The notes: generated by a model not told the origin, from the letters alone. A stretch of 30,807 bases of DNA from Promethearchaeota archaeon (GCA_008080735.1 SHMW01000030.1:10100-40906); one strand, 5' to 3'. Counted from the stretch's first letter, positions 10,083-20,066 are shown. Program-made: numbers and translations.

Positions 10083-10964
10083 TTAATTATCTAATTTTCG
10101 AGGAAATCTCTTTTCCATTGCTATCTCTCTCTGAATAATCTCATTCAACAAATATTTCCGCTCTTCTCCTGAAAGCACTTCAAGTTTCCGAATATCTAAA
10201 GGATCGACCTTGTTTCTTAATAATTCGAGTTCTCTCTTAGTGGGGGGTATGGTTTCATCAATATTATCATGTATGACTAAATCAAATCCAGTTGACTCTT
10301 TTATTGTTTTGAGTTCTACACCAGGATGCTTTGTTTTTACCCTCATCTGCTTACTGGTCGGATCAAAATCAAGATACGCAAGATCGGTGATCATACATTG
10401 AGGTCCAGCACCCCCACACACCGATTGTTTCCCTTCTTGAAAACCCACCCCAGAGATGAAAAATAATTTCTCTGTTGGAACAAAGGTACGGGGGTCGTGT
10501 CGGGGTGTATATAAAAAGGAACCACGTGAATAGAACATACTGAAGTCAGCTATACCCGCGCATCCCGGGAGCCGAACCTTTGGATTCTTCCAGTCTCCAA
10601 TACAAATATTATTAGTATTTCCATATTGGTCCACTTGTGCGGGTCTGAACCATTCGATGGTGGTTAATTTATCAGATGGTAAAGATTCAAGGGTGCATTC
10701 AACCGAGTTTTGAAACCTATATGCTCTTTTTGTGTTCATTTCTAAATATAATAAAGATACCTGACGTGGCTCATATACAAAAGTATTTCCCATAATATAA
10801 TGATATATCGCTTCAGGGGCGTGGGTTAATTTTGCTAAAGTGAATGCAGCCCAAACCATAGGTGTTGCCACTCCAACGATCATCACATCATCATTTCTAA
10901 CCTCTCTTGCCATCAGCACAGTCATCAACTCGTCTATTGTATACTCATTTATTTTGTCGTTCAT
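10083..10964 (-). CDS. Class I CoA-transferase-like subunit B (GctB/AibB/IpdB-like)
   Basis: AQVDQYGNTN, RLPGCAGIAD, ITDL and HPGV...TGF motifs. ATG at 10964 follows AGGTGA. Confidence 0.85.
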   Translation of the reverse strand: MNDKINEYTIDELMTVLMAREVRNDDVMIVGVATPMVWAAFTLAKLTHAPEAIYHYIMGNTFVYEPRQVSLLYLEMNTKRAYRFQNSVECTLESLPSDKLTTIEWFRPAQVDQYGNTNNICIGDWKNPKVRLPGCAGIADFSMFYSRGSFLYTPRHDPRTFVPTEKLFFISGVGFQEGKQSVCGGAGPQCMITDLAYLDFDPTSKQMRVKTKHPGVELKTIKESTGFDLVIHDNIDETIPPTKRELELLRNKVDPLDIRKLEVLSGEERKYLLNEIIQREIAMEKRFPRKLDN

Positions 10965-10975
10965 ATTTTTCACCT

Positions 10976-11836
10976 TTATAATAATACATTAAAGATTCTC
11001 TCAACTCCACCCGCAGCTTCAAGGTATTGGACCTGGTTTTTATTAGCAATATAATCGTTTTTATACTCCTCAAATTCCATTTCGATGTAATGTTGTATAT
11101 GATGAGCGTCGAAGGTGTATATTGGAAAACATGAGGTTGGATGGGCACCATAAGGAACTCTTGATACGCTTGTTGTTGTTTGCATGGGAAGTTGCGCTTT
11201 CCCTGGCATGTGGATGATATCCTCGAGTTCTACAATTTTCTCGCATGTAATTATTGTCTTTTTAGCGGTTTTTGCCATATCTGCATCCATCCACACCGCA
11301 CCTGGTATGTTTCCATTCCCGTTCTCATCAGCATAAGGTAGGTGGATGATAGCAACATCAAGATCGATCTTAGGAAGAGCCATCAACTGAGTACCACTTC
11401 CCAAGGGATCTCTAAATTGTTTAATATCATCCCTGACTTTCGGAAAATCTGTTCCTATGATTCCTCTCAATGGCATAAATGGAACTTTTAAATAGGAGCA
11501 TCTTAATCCTAACGCAATAGTGGCTTCCGTCTCTTCGGAGATTTTAATTGTGTTTTCTTCAACGGCTTTTCGATAATTCGGAGCCATTCCAAATACTTCC
11601 ATTCCAACAAACGAAGCTTTCACTTCTGATACACATCCTGCTCCAACCAGCATATCAATTTCTATACCGCCAACAAAGGTGCAGAGAGTTAAGTCTTTTT
11701 TTGCTTGCTTTATTATTTCACGACACGCGCTCATTGGTTTTCTCCAAAATGATAAGCCACCAATTCCCACAAGGTCGCCATCATCTATATATGTGGAGAT
11801 GGCTTCTTCCAAAGGCATTATTTTATTCTGAGTCAT
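10976..11836 (-). CDS. Class I CoA-transferase-like subunit A (GctA/AibA/IpdA-like)
   Basis: DGDLVGIGG, RKPM, DMLVGAG, PFMPLRG..GTD, ADENGN and PYGAHPTSC motifs. Confidence 0.88.
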   Translation of the reverse strand: MTQNKIMPLEEAISTYIDDGDLVGIGGLSFWRKPMSACREIIKQAKKDLTLCTFVGGIEIDMLVGAGCVSEVKASFVGMEVFGMAPNYRKAVEENTIKISEETEATIALGLRCSYLKVPFMPLRGIIGTDFPKVRDDIKQFRDPLGSGTQLMALPKIDLDVAIIHLPYADENGNGNIPGAVWMDADMAKTAKKTIITCEKIVELEDIIHMPGKAQLPMQTTTSVSRVPYGAHPTSCFPIYTFDAHHIQHYIEMEFEEYKNDYIANKNQVQYLEAAGGVERIFNVLL

Positions 11837-12009
11837 CCAAAATTTCCCTATTTTTAAATTTGAATAAAATATAATAATTAATTGATGTATAGAAATTTAA
11901 GTCTTGATTCTTCGAAGAATTCATCTGAGTGTTAATAAATATTTTAAATATTAAAAAACAATTCCAATTATTATCTTATTGATCATAATAATTATTCAAA
12001 ACGGTTTAA

Positions 12010-12546
12010 ATGACGCGAAAAAGATTAAAACAAGGACTCGTACAAGTTTATTTTGGCAGGGGTAAGGGAAAAACTACTGCTGCGCTGGGGCAAGGCTTGC
12101 GTGCTACTGGTCACGGATTTAAGGTATATATGATTCAATTTATGAAAGGAAATACACAATACGGAGAAATCGACGCAATCAAACAAATTCCCCATTTCCA
12201 GGTCAAACAATTTGGTACAACAGAGTTAATAGAAATTCCTGGCGATATTGATTTGGAAGAGGGGAAAAAGGCCTTAGAATTTGCAAAAGAGATAATTACC
12301 AGCGATGAATATGATATTGTGATTTTAGATGAAATTGGGGTCGCGCTTCAAATGGGTGTAATTAAAATCGATGAAGTAATGGAAATAATCGAAAATAAAC
12401 CAGAAAAGGTCGAATTGGTGATTACGGGAGGTCATCCAATTCATCCGAAATTAAGAGAACGCGCAGACCTTCTTACAGAAATGAAAATGATTAAGCACTA
12501 TTATTCCAGTAAGGGTATTCAAGCCCGTTATGGAATTGAGTATTAA
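12010..12546 (+). CDS. cobO: ATP:corrinoid adenosyltransferase, CobO/BtuR (CobA) type
   Basis: GRGKGKTTAALG, IQFMKG, ILDEI, LVITG and KHYY...GIEY motifs. Confidence 0.93.
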   Translation: MTRKRLKQGLVQVYFGRGKGKTTAALGQGLRATGHGFKVYMIQFMKGNTQYGEIDAIKQIPHFQVKQFGTTELIEIPGDIDLEEGKKALEFAKEIITSDEYDIVILDEIGVALQMGVIKIDEVMEIIENKPEKVELVITGGHPIHPKLRERADLLTEMKMIKHYYSSKGIQARYGIEY

Positions 12547-12752
12547 TTTGGAGATAAATTTCCACTTTCTCTTTTAATTTAGAAAATAATTTGTCATAGG
12601 CCAATTATCAGACCTCATTCTTTGATTTGGTGTTTTAAAAATATATCTTACTCAATTAATGATGTTAAATTCTCTTGAAATCTCAAATTTTTAATATAGA
12701 TTTACAATTTACAAAATTATATTATCAAAATATAACTATAAGTTGATCAAAA

Positions 12753-14700
12753 ATGAATATGGATGATAATCTCAAGAAGTATGAAGAATTACATAGAAAA
12801 TCTTTAAATGATCTTGAAGAGTTTTGGACACCAATTGCTGAGAAAATTTATTGGTATAAAAAATGGGATAAAATTTTAGACGATAGCAACCCTCCATTTT
12901 ATAAATGGTTTGTTGGCGGAGAGACGAATACCTGTTATAACGCAGTTGATAGATGGGCAGAAAAATTCCCAAATAAGCCCGCCTATATTTGGTATTCCTC
13001 AGAACTCAATGAAGAAAGAATTCTTACCTATAAAGATTTACTAAAGGAAGTAAATAAATTTGCGAGAGTTTTAAAGGATTATGGTGTTGAGAAGGGAGAT
13101 CGGATTGTTATTTATTTACCGATGATTCCAGAAGCAGCTATCGCCATGCTAGCATGCGTTCGAATAGGTGCGATACACTCTGTTGTTTTTGCGGGTTTTT
13201 CCGTTCGATCTTTAGGGGTAAGAATTGATGATTCCAGACCTAAGCTTGTCATTTGTGCAGACGGAGGAAAAAGGGGAGGAAAAGAAGTTGATCTCAAATC
13301 GATTGTGGATGAAACTTTAGAAACAACTGATTATAAAGTTCCTCATGCAGTTGTCGTGAATCGGAATATTGTAGACCATAAGATGGTTGAAGGGAGAGAT
13401 GTATATTGGAGTGATTTAATGGAAAAGAAAGATGAGGATATATTTGTCGAACCAGTGAGAGTAAAAAGTACGGACCCCTCTTACATTCTCTATACAAGCG
13501 GAACTACAGGAAAACCCAAAGGAGTCGTTCGAGATACGGGAGGGCATTTGGTTGCGTTATATCATTCGATGAAATCGATTTTTAACACTGATACCGAGGA
13601 TGTTTATTTTGCCACTAGCGATATTGGATGGGTAGTCGGACATTCCTACATTATCTATGGGCCTTTATTTAAAGGGTGTACGTCTATAATTTATGAAGGA
13701 ACCCCAGTCTATCCCGAACCAAATGCGTGGTTTAAAGTTATTGAAAAATATAACGTAAATACTGTTTTTTCAGCTCCAACGGCATTCAGGATTTTAAGAA
13801 AATTCGATGAGAAATATATTACGGATAATGACCTAAGCTCATTACAAACAATCTATCTGGCTGGAGAACCGCTTGATGAGGCAACTTATGAATGGATGAA
13901 ACGCGTTTTAGGAGAGGGAATTGCTATTGTTGACAATTATTGGCAGACCGAAATTTTTTGTGAGAAAGAATTTCTCTTTCAAACGGTACACAGGCTGGCC
14001 AATATTAGCGAATCCCTATGGTATTGCCCCACTTAAAATTAAACCTGGAAGCCCGACTAAACCAATGTGGGGTTGGAATTTAAAAGTAGTTGATTTTGAA
14101 GGAAATGAAATTGAAAAGGGCAATAAAGGGTATCTCGTTGCTGTTCCGCCCACACCTCCCGCGGTCCTTTTAACTGTCTATAGAAATGATGAGAGATATG
14201 TAAATTCATATTATAGAGCTTTTGCTGGTCATGATTATTACTCAACTGGGGACTATGGGATCGAAGACGAAGATGGTTATTTTTACGTGCTGGGTCGAGC
14301 AGATGAAGTAATAAAAGTAGCAGGTCATCGATTAGGGACTGGTGAGATGGAAGCGGTCTTTTCCACGCATCCTCACGTTGCTGAAGTAAGTTGTATTGGT
14401 GTAGAAGATGAAGTGAAAGGTGAAGTTCCAATTGCTATGGTTGTACTAAAACAAGGTTATGAGGGAACTCCAGAGTTAGAGCAGGAAATGAAAACCCTAA
14501 TAAGAGAAGAAATAGGACCTGTAGCAACCCCTAAAGCCGTTTATTTCGTGAAGGCACTTCCAAAAACCCGCTCTGGAAAGGTAATTCGAAGAGCTATAAA
14601 AAATCTAGCCGAAGGGAAAGAACCCGGTGATTTAAGCACGATAGAAGATCCTTCTACCATAGATAAAATTAAGCAAATCCTGGAAGAAGCGAGTCAATAA
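12753..14700 (+). CDS. prpE: Propionate/acetate--CoA ligase (PrpE/ACS family), interrupted by a 37-nt insert; join(12753..13952,13990..14700) = 636 aa
   Basis: LYTSGTTGKPKG, SDIGWVVGHSY, FSAPTA, AGEPL, DNYWQTE|TGWPIL (PrpE-like), GRADEVI and LPKTRSGK motifs. The two ORF-track pieces join seamlessly when 13953-13989 is removed. Confidence 0.85.
13953..13989 (+). other. Candidate archaeal bulge-helix-bulge-type mRNA intron (37 nt)
   Basis: Central 4-bp helix ACCG(13947-50)/CGGT(13984-87). Cuts 2 nt 3' of each helix strand (after 13952 and 13989) match the insert ends. Inner hairpin GAGAAA/TTTCTC; exon stem TATTGG/CCAATA. Confidence 0.8.
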
Positions 14701-14799
14701 GGGTTAATCAATCTCTCTTTTTTTTAATAATTTTTTTATCTTATGGTCTTATTAAGTTATTCAAAAAGAATAAATAAAAGAAATTTTAGGAGTTAAACT

Positions 14800-15243
14800 T
14801 TAATTCATAACCATTACCACAGCCTCTCCGTCAGTGACTAGTTCCTCTTCTTGATTTAAGACTTGGGTTGTACAGCGAATGAATTTTAGCTTGCCATCTT
14901 TTTTAGTATATTTTTCCTTAACGGTCGCAACCGCAGTTAATTCGTCTCCGAAATATACAGGTTTTACAAATCTGACCGATTGCTCTCCATATAATATGCC
15001 CGGACCAAATAGTTCCATACCTAATACCGCAGAGATGAGTCCAACGCTTATTACGCCATGTGCAACTTGTTCTCCAAACATTTGCGTTTTGGCAAACTCG
15101 GGGTCGATATGAAGCGGATTATAATCCCCTGATACCTCAGCAAACTTCATCACATCCTCTTCAGTTATAGTTTTTGTAAATTTCGCGGAATCTCCAATCT
15201 CATAATCATCGAATTTAACTGGCTCTAAATTAGATTTACTCAT
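14800..15243 (-). CDS. MaoC/PhaJ-family (R)-specific enoyl-CoA hydratase
   Basis: FAEVSGDYNPLHID, AHG, GPGILY and FVKPVYFGD motifs. Confidence 0.92.
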   Translation of the reverse strand: MSKSNLEPVKFDDYEIGDSAKFTKTITEEDVMKFAEVSGDYNPLHIDPEFAKTQMFGEQVAHGVISVGLISAVLGMELFGPGILYGEQSVRFVKPVYFGDELTAVATVKEKYTKKDGKLKFIRCTTQVLNQEEELVTDGEAVVMVMN

Positions 15244-15305
15244 AATATATATTAATTATTTTTTTTTAGATTTAAATTTTCAATTTTTGGCAAATTTTAA
15301 AAGAT

Positions 15306-17912
15306 TTAGGATTTGATAGAATCTTTCACATTTTCAATGTTCCTTTTAAGGGTCTGAGTCTTTGGAGCATTTTCCAGTCCTAAATCTCTAAAAATAGTCA
15401 ATGCATTTTCGAGACTATTTAAGCTATCAACTAATTTTTTTTGTTCGAAATAAATGAGCCCAATATTATTGAGATGATTAGCTTTAGAATAGAGATCGCC
15501 TAGTTGATCATCAATTTCTAAAGCCATCTTATAATTATGTAAGGCCTCATCATATTTTCCAAAATCATAATTAATCAATCCAATATGACCATAATCGGTT
15601 GCAATTGCAGAACGATCACCTAAAATTTCATCGATTTTAAGTGCTTCTTTAAAATTATTGAGTGCTTCATCATATTTCTTTTCTCTATAATATATTAAAC
15701 CTAAATTACTAAGGCACGCTCCTTTTTTTGAAATATCTCCTAAGTAATCTGAAATTTCAAGGGCTTCGGTATAATTCTTAAGGGCATTCTCAAAATCCCC
15801 TTGATCATTATAAATCTGTCCTATATTATTAAGGAGCGTTACTTTTCCTTGGAGATCTCCTAATTCATTAACAATTTCAAATGCTTTCTCATATTTTATT
15901 AAAGCTTCTTTTAGAAGACCTTGCAATTTATATATTATTGCCATATTATTTAGGCAAGATATTTCTCCTATAATGTCTCCTGTTGATTGAGCAATTTCAA
16001 CTGCTTTTTCATAATGGTTCACAGCATTTCCATAATCTCCCCAAGAATAATATACTAAACCTATATTATTCAGATATGTTCCTTGACGCGAAATATCTCC
16101 GAGATCTTTAACTATATTGAGCGCTTTATTATAATAATTAAGCGCATTTTCATAATCACTTTGCCTAAAATAAACTAAGCCTATATTATTATATTGAGAA
16201 GCTTTTCCTGACAAATCTCCTAAATCGTCGAAAATTAGGATAGCTTCCTTGCAAGCATTTACCGCATCCATATATCTTCCACACGCTTCATATACCTGTC
16301 CTAAGTTTGTAAGAACACTTGCCTTTTCAGAAGAGTAATCTAATTTTCCAAATACCTTAGTGCTTTCTTGGTACTTCTGTATTGATTTATCATAATTTCC
16401 CAAGAAGAATAAGATTCTTCCTAGATTACTAAGTAAATTACCTATCTCGTATTGATCTTTAAATTTCTTTGCAATCTTAAACGCTTTTTCATAATTTTTA
16501 AGTGCATTTTGGTAGTTTCCTATCAATCTAAAAATGTATCCAATTTTTTTGAATGTAGACATTTTTCCAGATGGATCTCTCATCTCTTCATAGAGTTTAA
16601 GAGCCTTTTCATAGGTTTCAATTGCGTTTGAATAATTCTCTAAGCGATCGTATGTTTGGGCTATTCTATTTAAAATATTAATCTGTTTTGGAATGTCTCC
16701 ATATTCTTGTGCTATATTAAGGGCCTCTTGATAGTATTTTAAAGCTTGTTCTCCCTCCCCTAACATATATTTAATTTTGCCAAAGTTATACTGGGCGTAT
16801 AATTTCCATAATATCTCTTCTCTTTTCTCCGCAAGCGATTGAATTATTCCTAAACATCTTTCTGAGTCGTTGAATTTATTCAAAACATAATAAATTTCAC
16901 CTGCAATCGCATATTTTTGAAACTCATCGGGAGGGGTTAAATTTTCAAGAAACCATTGGTTCGGACTTACTAAAAACGTTTTACTGGTTAATGAGGATTC
17001 TTTTGTCAAAAAATCACTGATTAATTGAGAAGTATTTGCTTCTATTAAATAAATACGCTTTGAATTGCTTGTTCTATGTAAATCATAAAGCGATTGATAT
17101 ATTTCATCCGAAAGTTCATTGATTTCAGTTAAATCTTCTCCGATCTCAAAAACTCTTTCTTTTTCACCAGCATCTTCATTTTGGTTGATCCAAATTAGAG
17201 ATTTAAAGCTTTTTATCTCCTTTATAAGAGGTAAAATATCCAGATCATTACATGCGGAATAACCCATGACCAATAATATACGATTTTTAGAAACTTTTTC
17301 AAATAGTCGATATTTATAGGGTTCTAATTGGACTTCTTCGTTTTGTTCTTTAAGAGTTCCGATCCTTTTTATAGTATCAATCAAGGAATTGTGGGTATCC
17401 TCTTGTGTAATAACATTTTTAGAAGACCCATGTAGTTTAAAGACTGCCTTTTTATCATTTTTACAAAGCTTTATTGGATCCCTCGCTTTTTCATAATCCT
17501 TTTTAGTTATTACAGGGATGATTTTATCTGATGGAACCCCCAATTCCTTTAAGTTATACTCAATAAGGCAATCGAAATTTGGCGTAATTACGAAATGACC
17601 CGCTTGGAGCATTTTGGATAGAAACAGATGATAAATATTAGGAATGTCGCATAAAGCATAATAATTACAAATTTTCAGTTCTGGATCTATATGATTACGA
17701 ATTATCTCTAATAATTGCTCGAATTTCAAATATGATAAATCCTTGAGCTGTTCAATTTCTCCTTCAGCGCATGTAAATTCAATAATAGCATCAATCATCG
17801 TTTTTGCCATGGGAAGATTTGAAGGTCTCTCTACAGAACATCCAGCCCCGACAAGGATAACTAATTTTTCCCCTTCAATCAAGCCTTTAACAGAGGAATT
17901 GATTTCTTTCAT
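15306..17912 (-). CDS. SIR2-like domain fused to a long TPR array
   Basis: N-terminal ILVGAGCS, TPNFD, KLHGS and MGYS..D motifs. C-terminal ~500 aa of ~40-aa TPR-like repeats (LNNIGLVY...GDY..AL..Y.KAL.I...LGD). Confidence 0.85.
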   Translation of the reverse strand: MKEINSSVKGLIEGEKLVILVGAGCSVERPSNLPMAKTMIDAIIEFTCAEGEIEQLKDLSYLKFEQLLEIIRNHIDPELKICNYYALCDIPNIYHLFLSKMLQAGHFVITPNFDCLIEYNLKELGVPSDKIIPVITKKDYEKARDPIKLCKNDKKAVFKLHGSSKNVITQEDTHNSLIDTIKRIGTLKEQNEEVQLEPYKYRLFEKVSKNRILLVMGYSACNDLDILPLIKEIKSFKSLIWINQNEDAGEKERVFEIGEDLTEINELSDEIYQSLYDLHRTSNSKRIYLIEANTSQLISDFLTKESSLTSKTFLVSPNQWFLENLTPPDEFQKYAIAGEIYYVLNKFNDSERCLGIIQSLAEKREEILWKLYAQYNFGKIKYMLGEGEQALKYYQEALNIAQEYGDIPKQINILNRIAQTYDRLENYSNAIETYEKALKLYEEMRDPSGKMSTFKKIGYIFRLIGNYQNALKNYEKAFKIAKKFKDQYEIGNLLSNLGRILFFLGNYDKSIQKYQESTKVFGKLDYSSEKASVLTNLGQVYEACGRYMDAVNACKEAILIFDDLGDLSGKASQYNNIGLVYFRQSDYENALNYYNKALNIVKDLGDISRQGTYLNNIGLVYYSWGDYGNAVNHYEKAVEIAQSTGDIIGEISCLNNMAIIYKLQGLLKEALIKYEKAFEIVNELGDLQGKVTLLNNIGQIYNDQGDFENALKNYTEALEISDYLGDISKKGACLSNLGLIYYREKKYDEALNNFKEALKIDEILGDRSAIATDYGHIGLINYDFGKYDEALHNYKMALEIDDQLGDLYSKANHLNNIGLIYFEQKKLVDSLNSLENALTIFRDLGLENAPKTQTLKRNIENVKDSIKS

Positions 17913-18314
17913 AAAATAGAATTAATTAAAAATCGATTTTAATGAGAAACAAAAGGAGAAAATAATATTTAAGGTTTTTCTAAATCTAATAGAACAATAT
18001 CTCCTAACTCACAATACGTTTTTTTTTTGCATACTTAACCAAATTCCCATCCAGAAGAGAAGCGATAATTTATTCTTTTTTAACTCAGATCTTAAATTGT
18101 TTTAGCTTTTTATAAAAATATGGTTAATAAACAAAATCATACTCAATCTAAAATTTCCTTTGGATTATCGATTGGTTCGTATTGGGAATTTTCAAATTTT
18201 AATATGATGAGAAAATGAATAATTATTAGACTTAAGTTGAAAATTTTTATCTTTTATAATATTTACTTCTGTAAGAAAATTTTAACAATTCAAAATTATT
18301 CAATGTGAATTAAT

Positions 18315-19574
18315 ATGGGAAAATTAGCAAGAAAAGTAGCTTTAATCGGAGCTGGTATGTCCAAATTCGGACAGCATTTTCCTGAAAAAAGGAATCCCGA
18401 TATGTGGGTTGATGCATGGATAGATGCGGTTGAAAAAACGGATAACGGAATAGAACCGAAAGACATTGATGCTTGTTATGTAGGGAATTACTCTTCAGAT
18501 TTATTCAATCACCAAGGACATTTAGGCCCTCAAATGGCAGACCTAGTTGGGTTGACGCCTAAACCAGCTGCCCGGTTCGAAGGGGCCTGTGCGAGTAGTG
18601 GCATCGCTATGCGACAAGCCATCTTAGCTATCGCCTCCGGAGTACATGATGTAATCGCGGTGTGTGGTTGTGAATGTATGACAGAACAACCCACTGTGAA
18701 TGTTACAGATGTATTGGCAACCGCTTCAGATAATATATTCGAATATCCCGCAGGAGCAACATTTCCTGGACTTTATGGTACAATAGCTTCGGCGCACTTT
18801 AAAAAGTACGGCACTACCGCGGAAGATTTGATGAATGTCGGAATAAAGAATCATGCTAATGGGGCTGAGAATCCATACGCTCAAATGCAACAATCAATTA
18901 AAGATTTGATGAATAGCAAAAAAGCTCGTTATGAAAAACAAGGGCGCGAGGTTCCTGATTGGCAGAATGAACTTGATTTTCTTAAAAGTTCTTCCAATCC
19001 AATCATAGCATATCCTCTTCGATTATTCGATTGTAGCTTAATCACGGATGGAGCAGCATGTTTGTTTTTGGCTGCTGAAAACAAAGCAAAAGACTTTACT
19101 GATACTCCGCTTTGGATAGCCGGGACGGGACAAGGGAGCGCTGCTCTTTCTGTCCATGATAGAGAGGAGATTACTTCGTTTGCGGCTACAAAAGAAGCAG
19201 CAAGACAAGCATATGAAATGGCAGGGATGGGTCCTAAGGATATACAAATCGCAGAAGTTCATGACTGCTTCACCATCGCAGAAATTCTCGCTATGGAGGA
19301 TCTTGGTTTTTATGAGAAAGGAAAAGCTGCTGAGGCCGTACGGAATGGAGAATCCAAACTTGATGGCAAACTACCGATTAATACTAGCGGTGGCTTGAAA
19401 TCAAAAGGTCATCCAGTAGGCGCGACGGGTGCTGCCCAAGCAGTGGAGATTTTCAAGCAAATGCGGGGGATAGCAGAGAGGAATCGACAAGTACAATTTG
19501 ACGTAGAACGAGCCATGACTCACAACTTAGGTGGATCTGGAGCGAGCTGTGTGGTCACAATTTATGAAAAATGA
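18315..19574 (+). CDS. Thiolase (archaeal/SCP2-type acetyl-CoA acetyltransferase)
   Basis: EGACASS, DCSLITDGAA, EVHDCFT, GGLKSKGHPVGATG and HNLGG motifs. Confidence 0.95.
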   Translation: MGKLARKVALIGAGMSKFGQHFPEKRNPDMWVDAWIDAVEKTDNGIEPKDIDACYVGNYSSDLFNHQGHLGPQMADLVGLTPKPAARFEGACASSGIAMRQAILAIASGVHDVIAVCGCECMTEQPTVNVTDVLATASDNIFEYPAGATFPGLYGTIASAHFKKYGTTAEDLMNVGIKNHANGAENPYAQMQQSIKDLMNSKKARYEKQGREVPDWQNELDFLKSSSNPIIAYPLRLFDCSLITDGAACLFLAAENKAKDFTDTPLWIAGTGQGSAALSVHDREEITSFAATKEAARQAYEMAGMGPKDIQIAEVHDCFTIAEILAMEDLGFYEKGKAAEAVRNGESKLDGKLPINTSGGLKSKGHPVGATGAAQAVEIFKQMRGIAERNRQVQFDVERAMTHNLGGSGASCVVTIYEK

Positions 19575-19588
19575 GGTGAATACTAAAA

Positions 19589-20008
19589 ATGTCACAAGAA
19601 AAACCATTTACAATAGAAAGCTATTTAGAATATATTCGTAATAAGAAATTAATGGGCTCAAAATGCAATGAATGCGGAGAAACCTATGTTCCAGCGCGTA
19701 AATTATGCAATAAATGCATGAATTCTAATATGCAATGGGTTGAGATGTCTGGAAAGGGCGAATTAGCCGCGTTTACAAGCATTACTGTTGGAACACCATA
19801 TTTTGTGGAGAAGGGGTATGATAGAAAAAATCCTTATTGCTTTTCCGTAATAAAGCTTGATGAAGGCCCTATGGTTAGCGCTCAATTAGTCGGAGTGGAT
19901 GAAGGCAAACCTGATTCTATTAATATAGGAATGCCTCTTAAAGTAACCTTCTTAGAAACCGAAATAAAAGGCGAGACTAGGGTTGACTTAGGATTTGAGC
20001 CTGCCTAA
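19589..20008 (+). CDS. DUF35-family Zn-ribbon/OB-fold acyl-CoA-binding protein
   Basis: CNECG...P..LCNKC Zn ribbon, SGKG and IGMP motifs; directly downstream of the thiolase. Confidence 0.92.
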   Translation: MSQEKPFTIESYLEYIRNKKLMGSKCNECGETYVPARKLCNKCMNSNMQWVEMSGKGELAAFTSITVGTPYFVEKGYDRKNPYCFSVIKLDEGPMVSAQLVGVDEGKPDSINIGMPLKVTFLETEIKGETRVDLGFEPA

Positions 20009-20066
20009 TTGAGACATTAACTTTTTATTTTTTTCCTTTTTGTCTAAGTTTATTAACACATAACCA

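Noticed and set aside
13921-14036. prpE as a simple frameshifted pseudogene, a programmed ribosomal frameshift at the T-run, or two separate genes
   Set aside because: A frameshift would leave ~12 extra residues inside an invariant motif. Both halves look intact. The insert has no target-site duplication, and its ends match BHB cleavage geometry.
15400-16800. ~120-nt periodic repeats as a CRISPR array or DNA repeat
   Set aside because: They are degenerate codons of TPR protein repeats, with no identical repeat-spacer structure.
18880-19000. Insertion in the thiolase relative to typical homologues
   Set aside because: In frame, protein-like composition, and no BHB structure seen.
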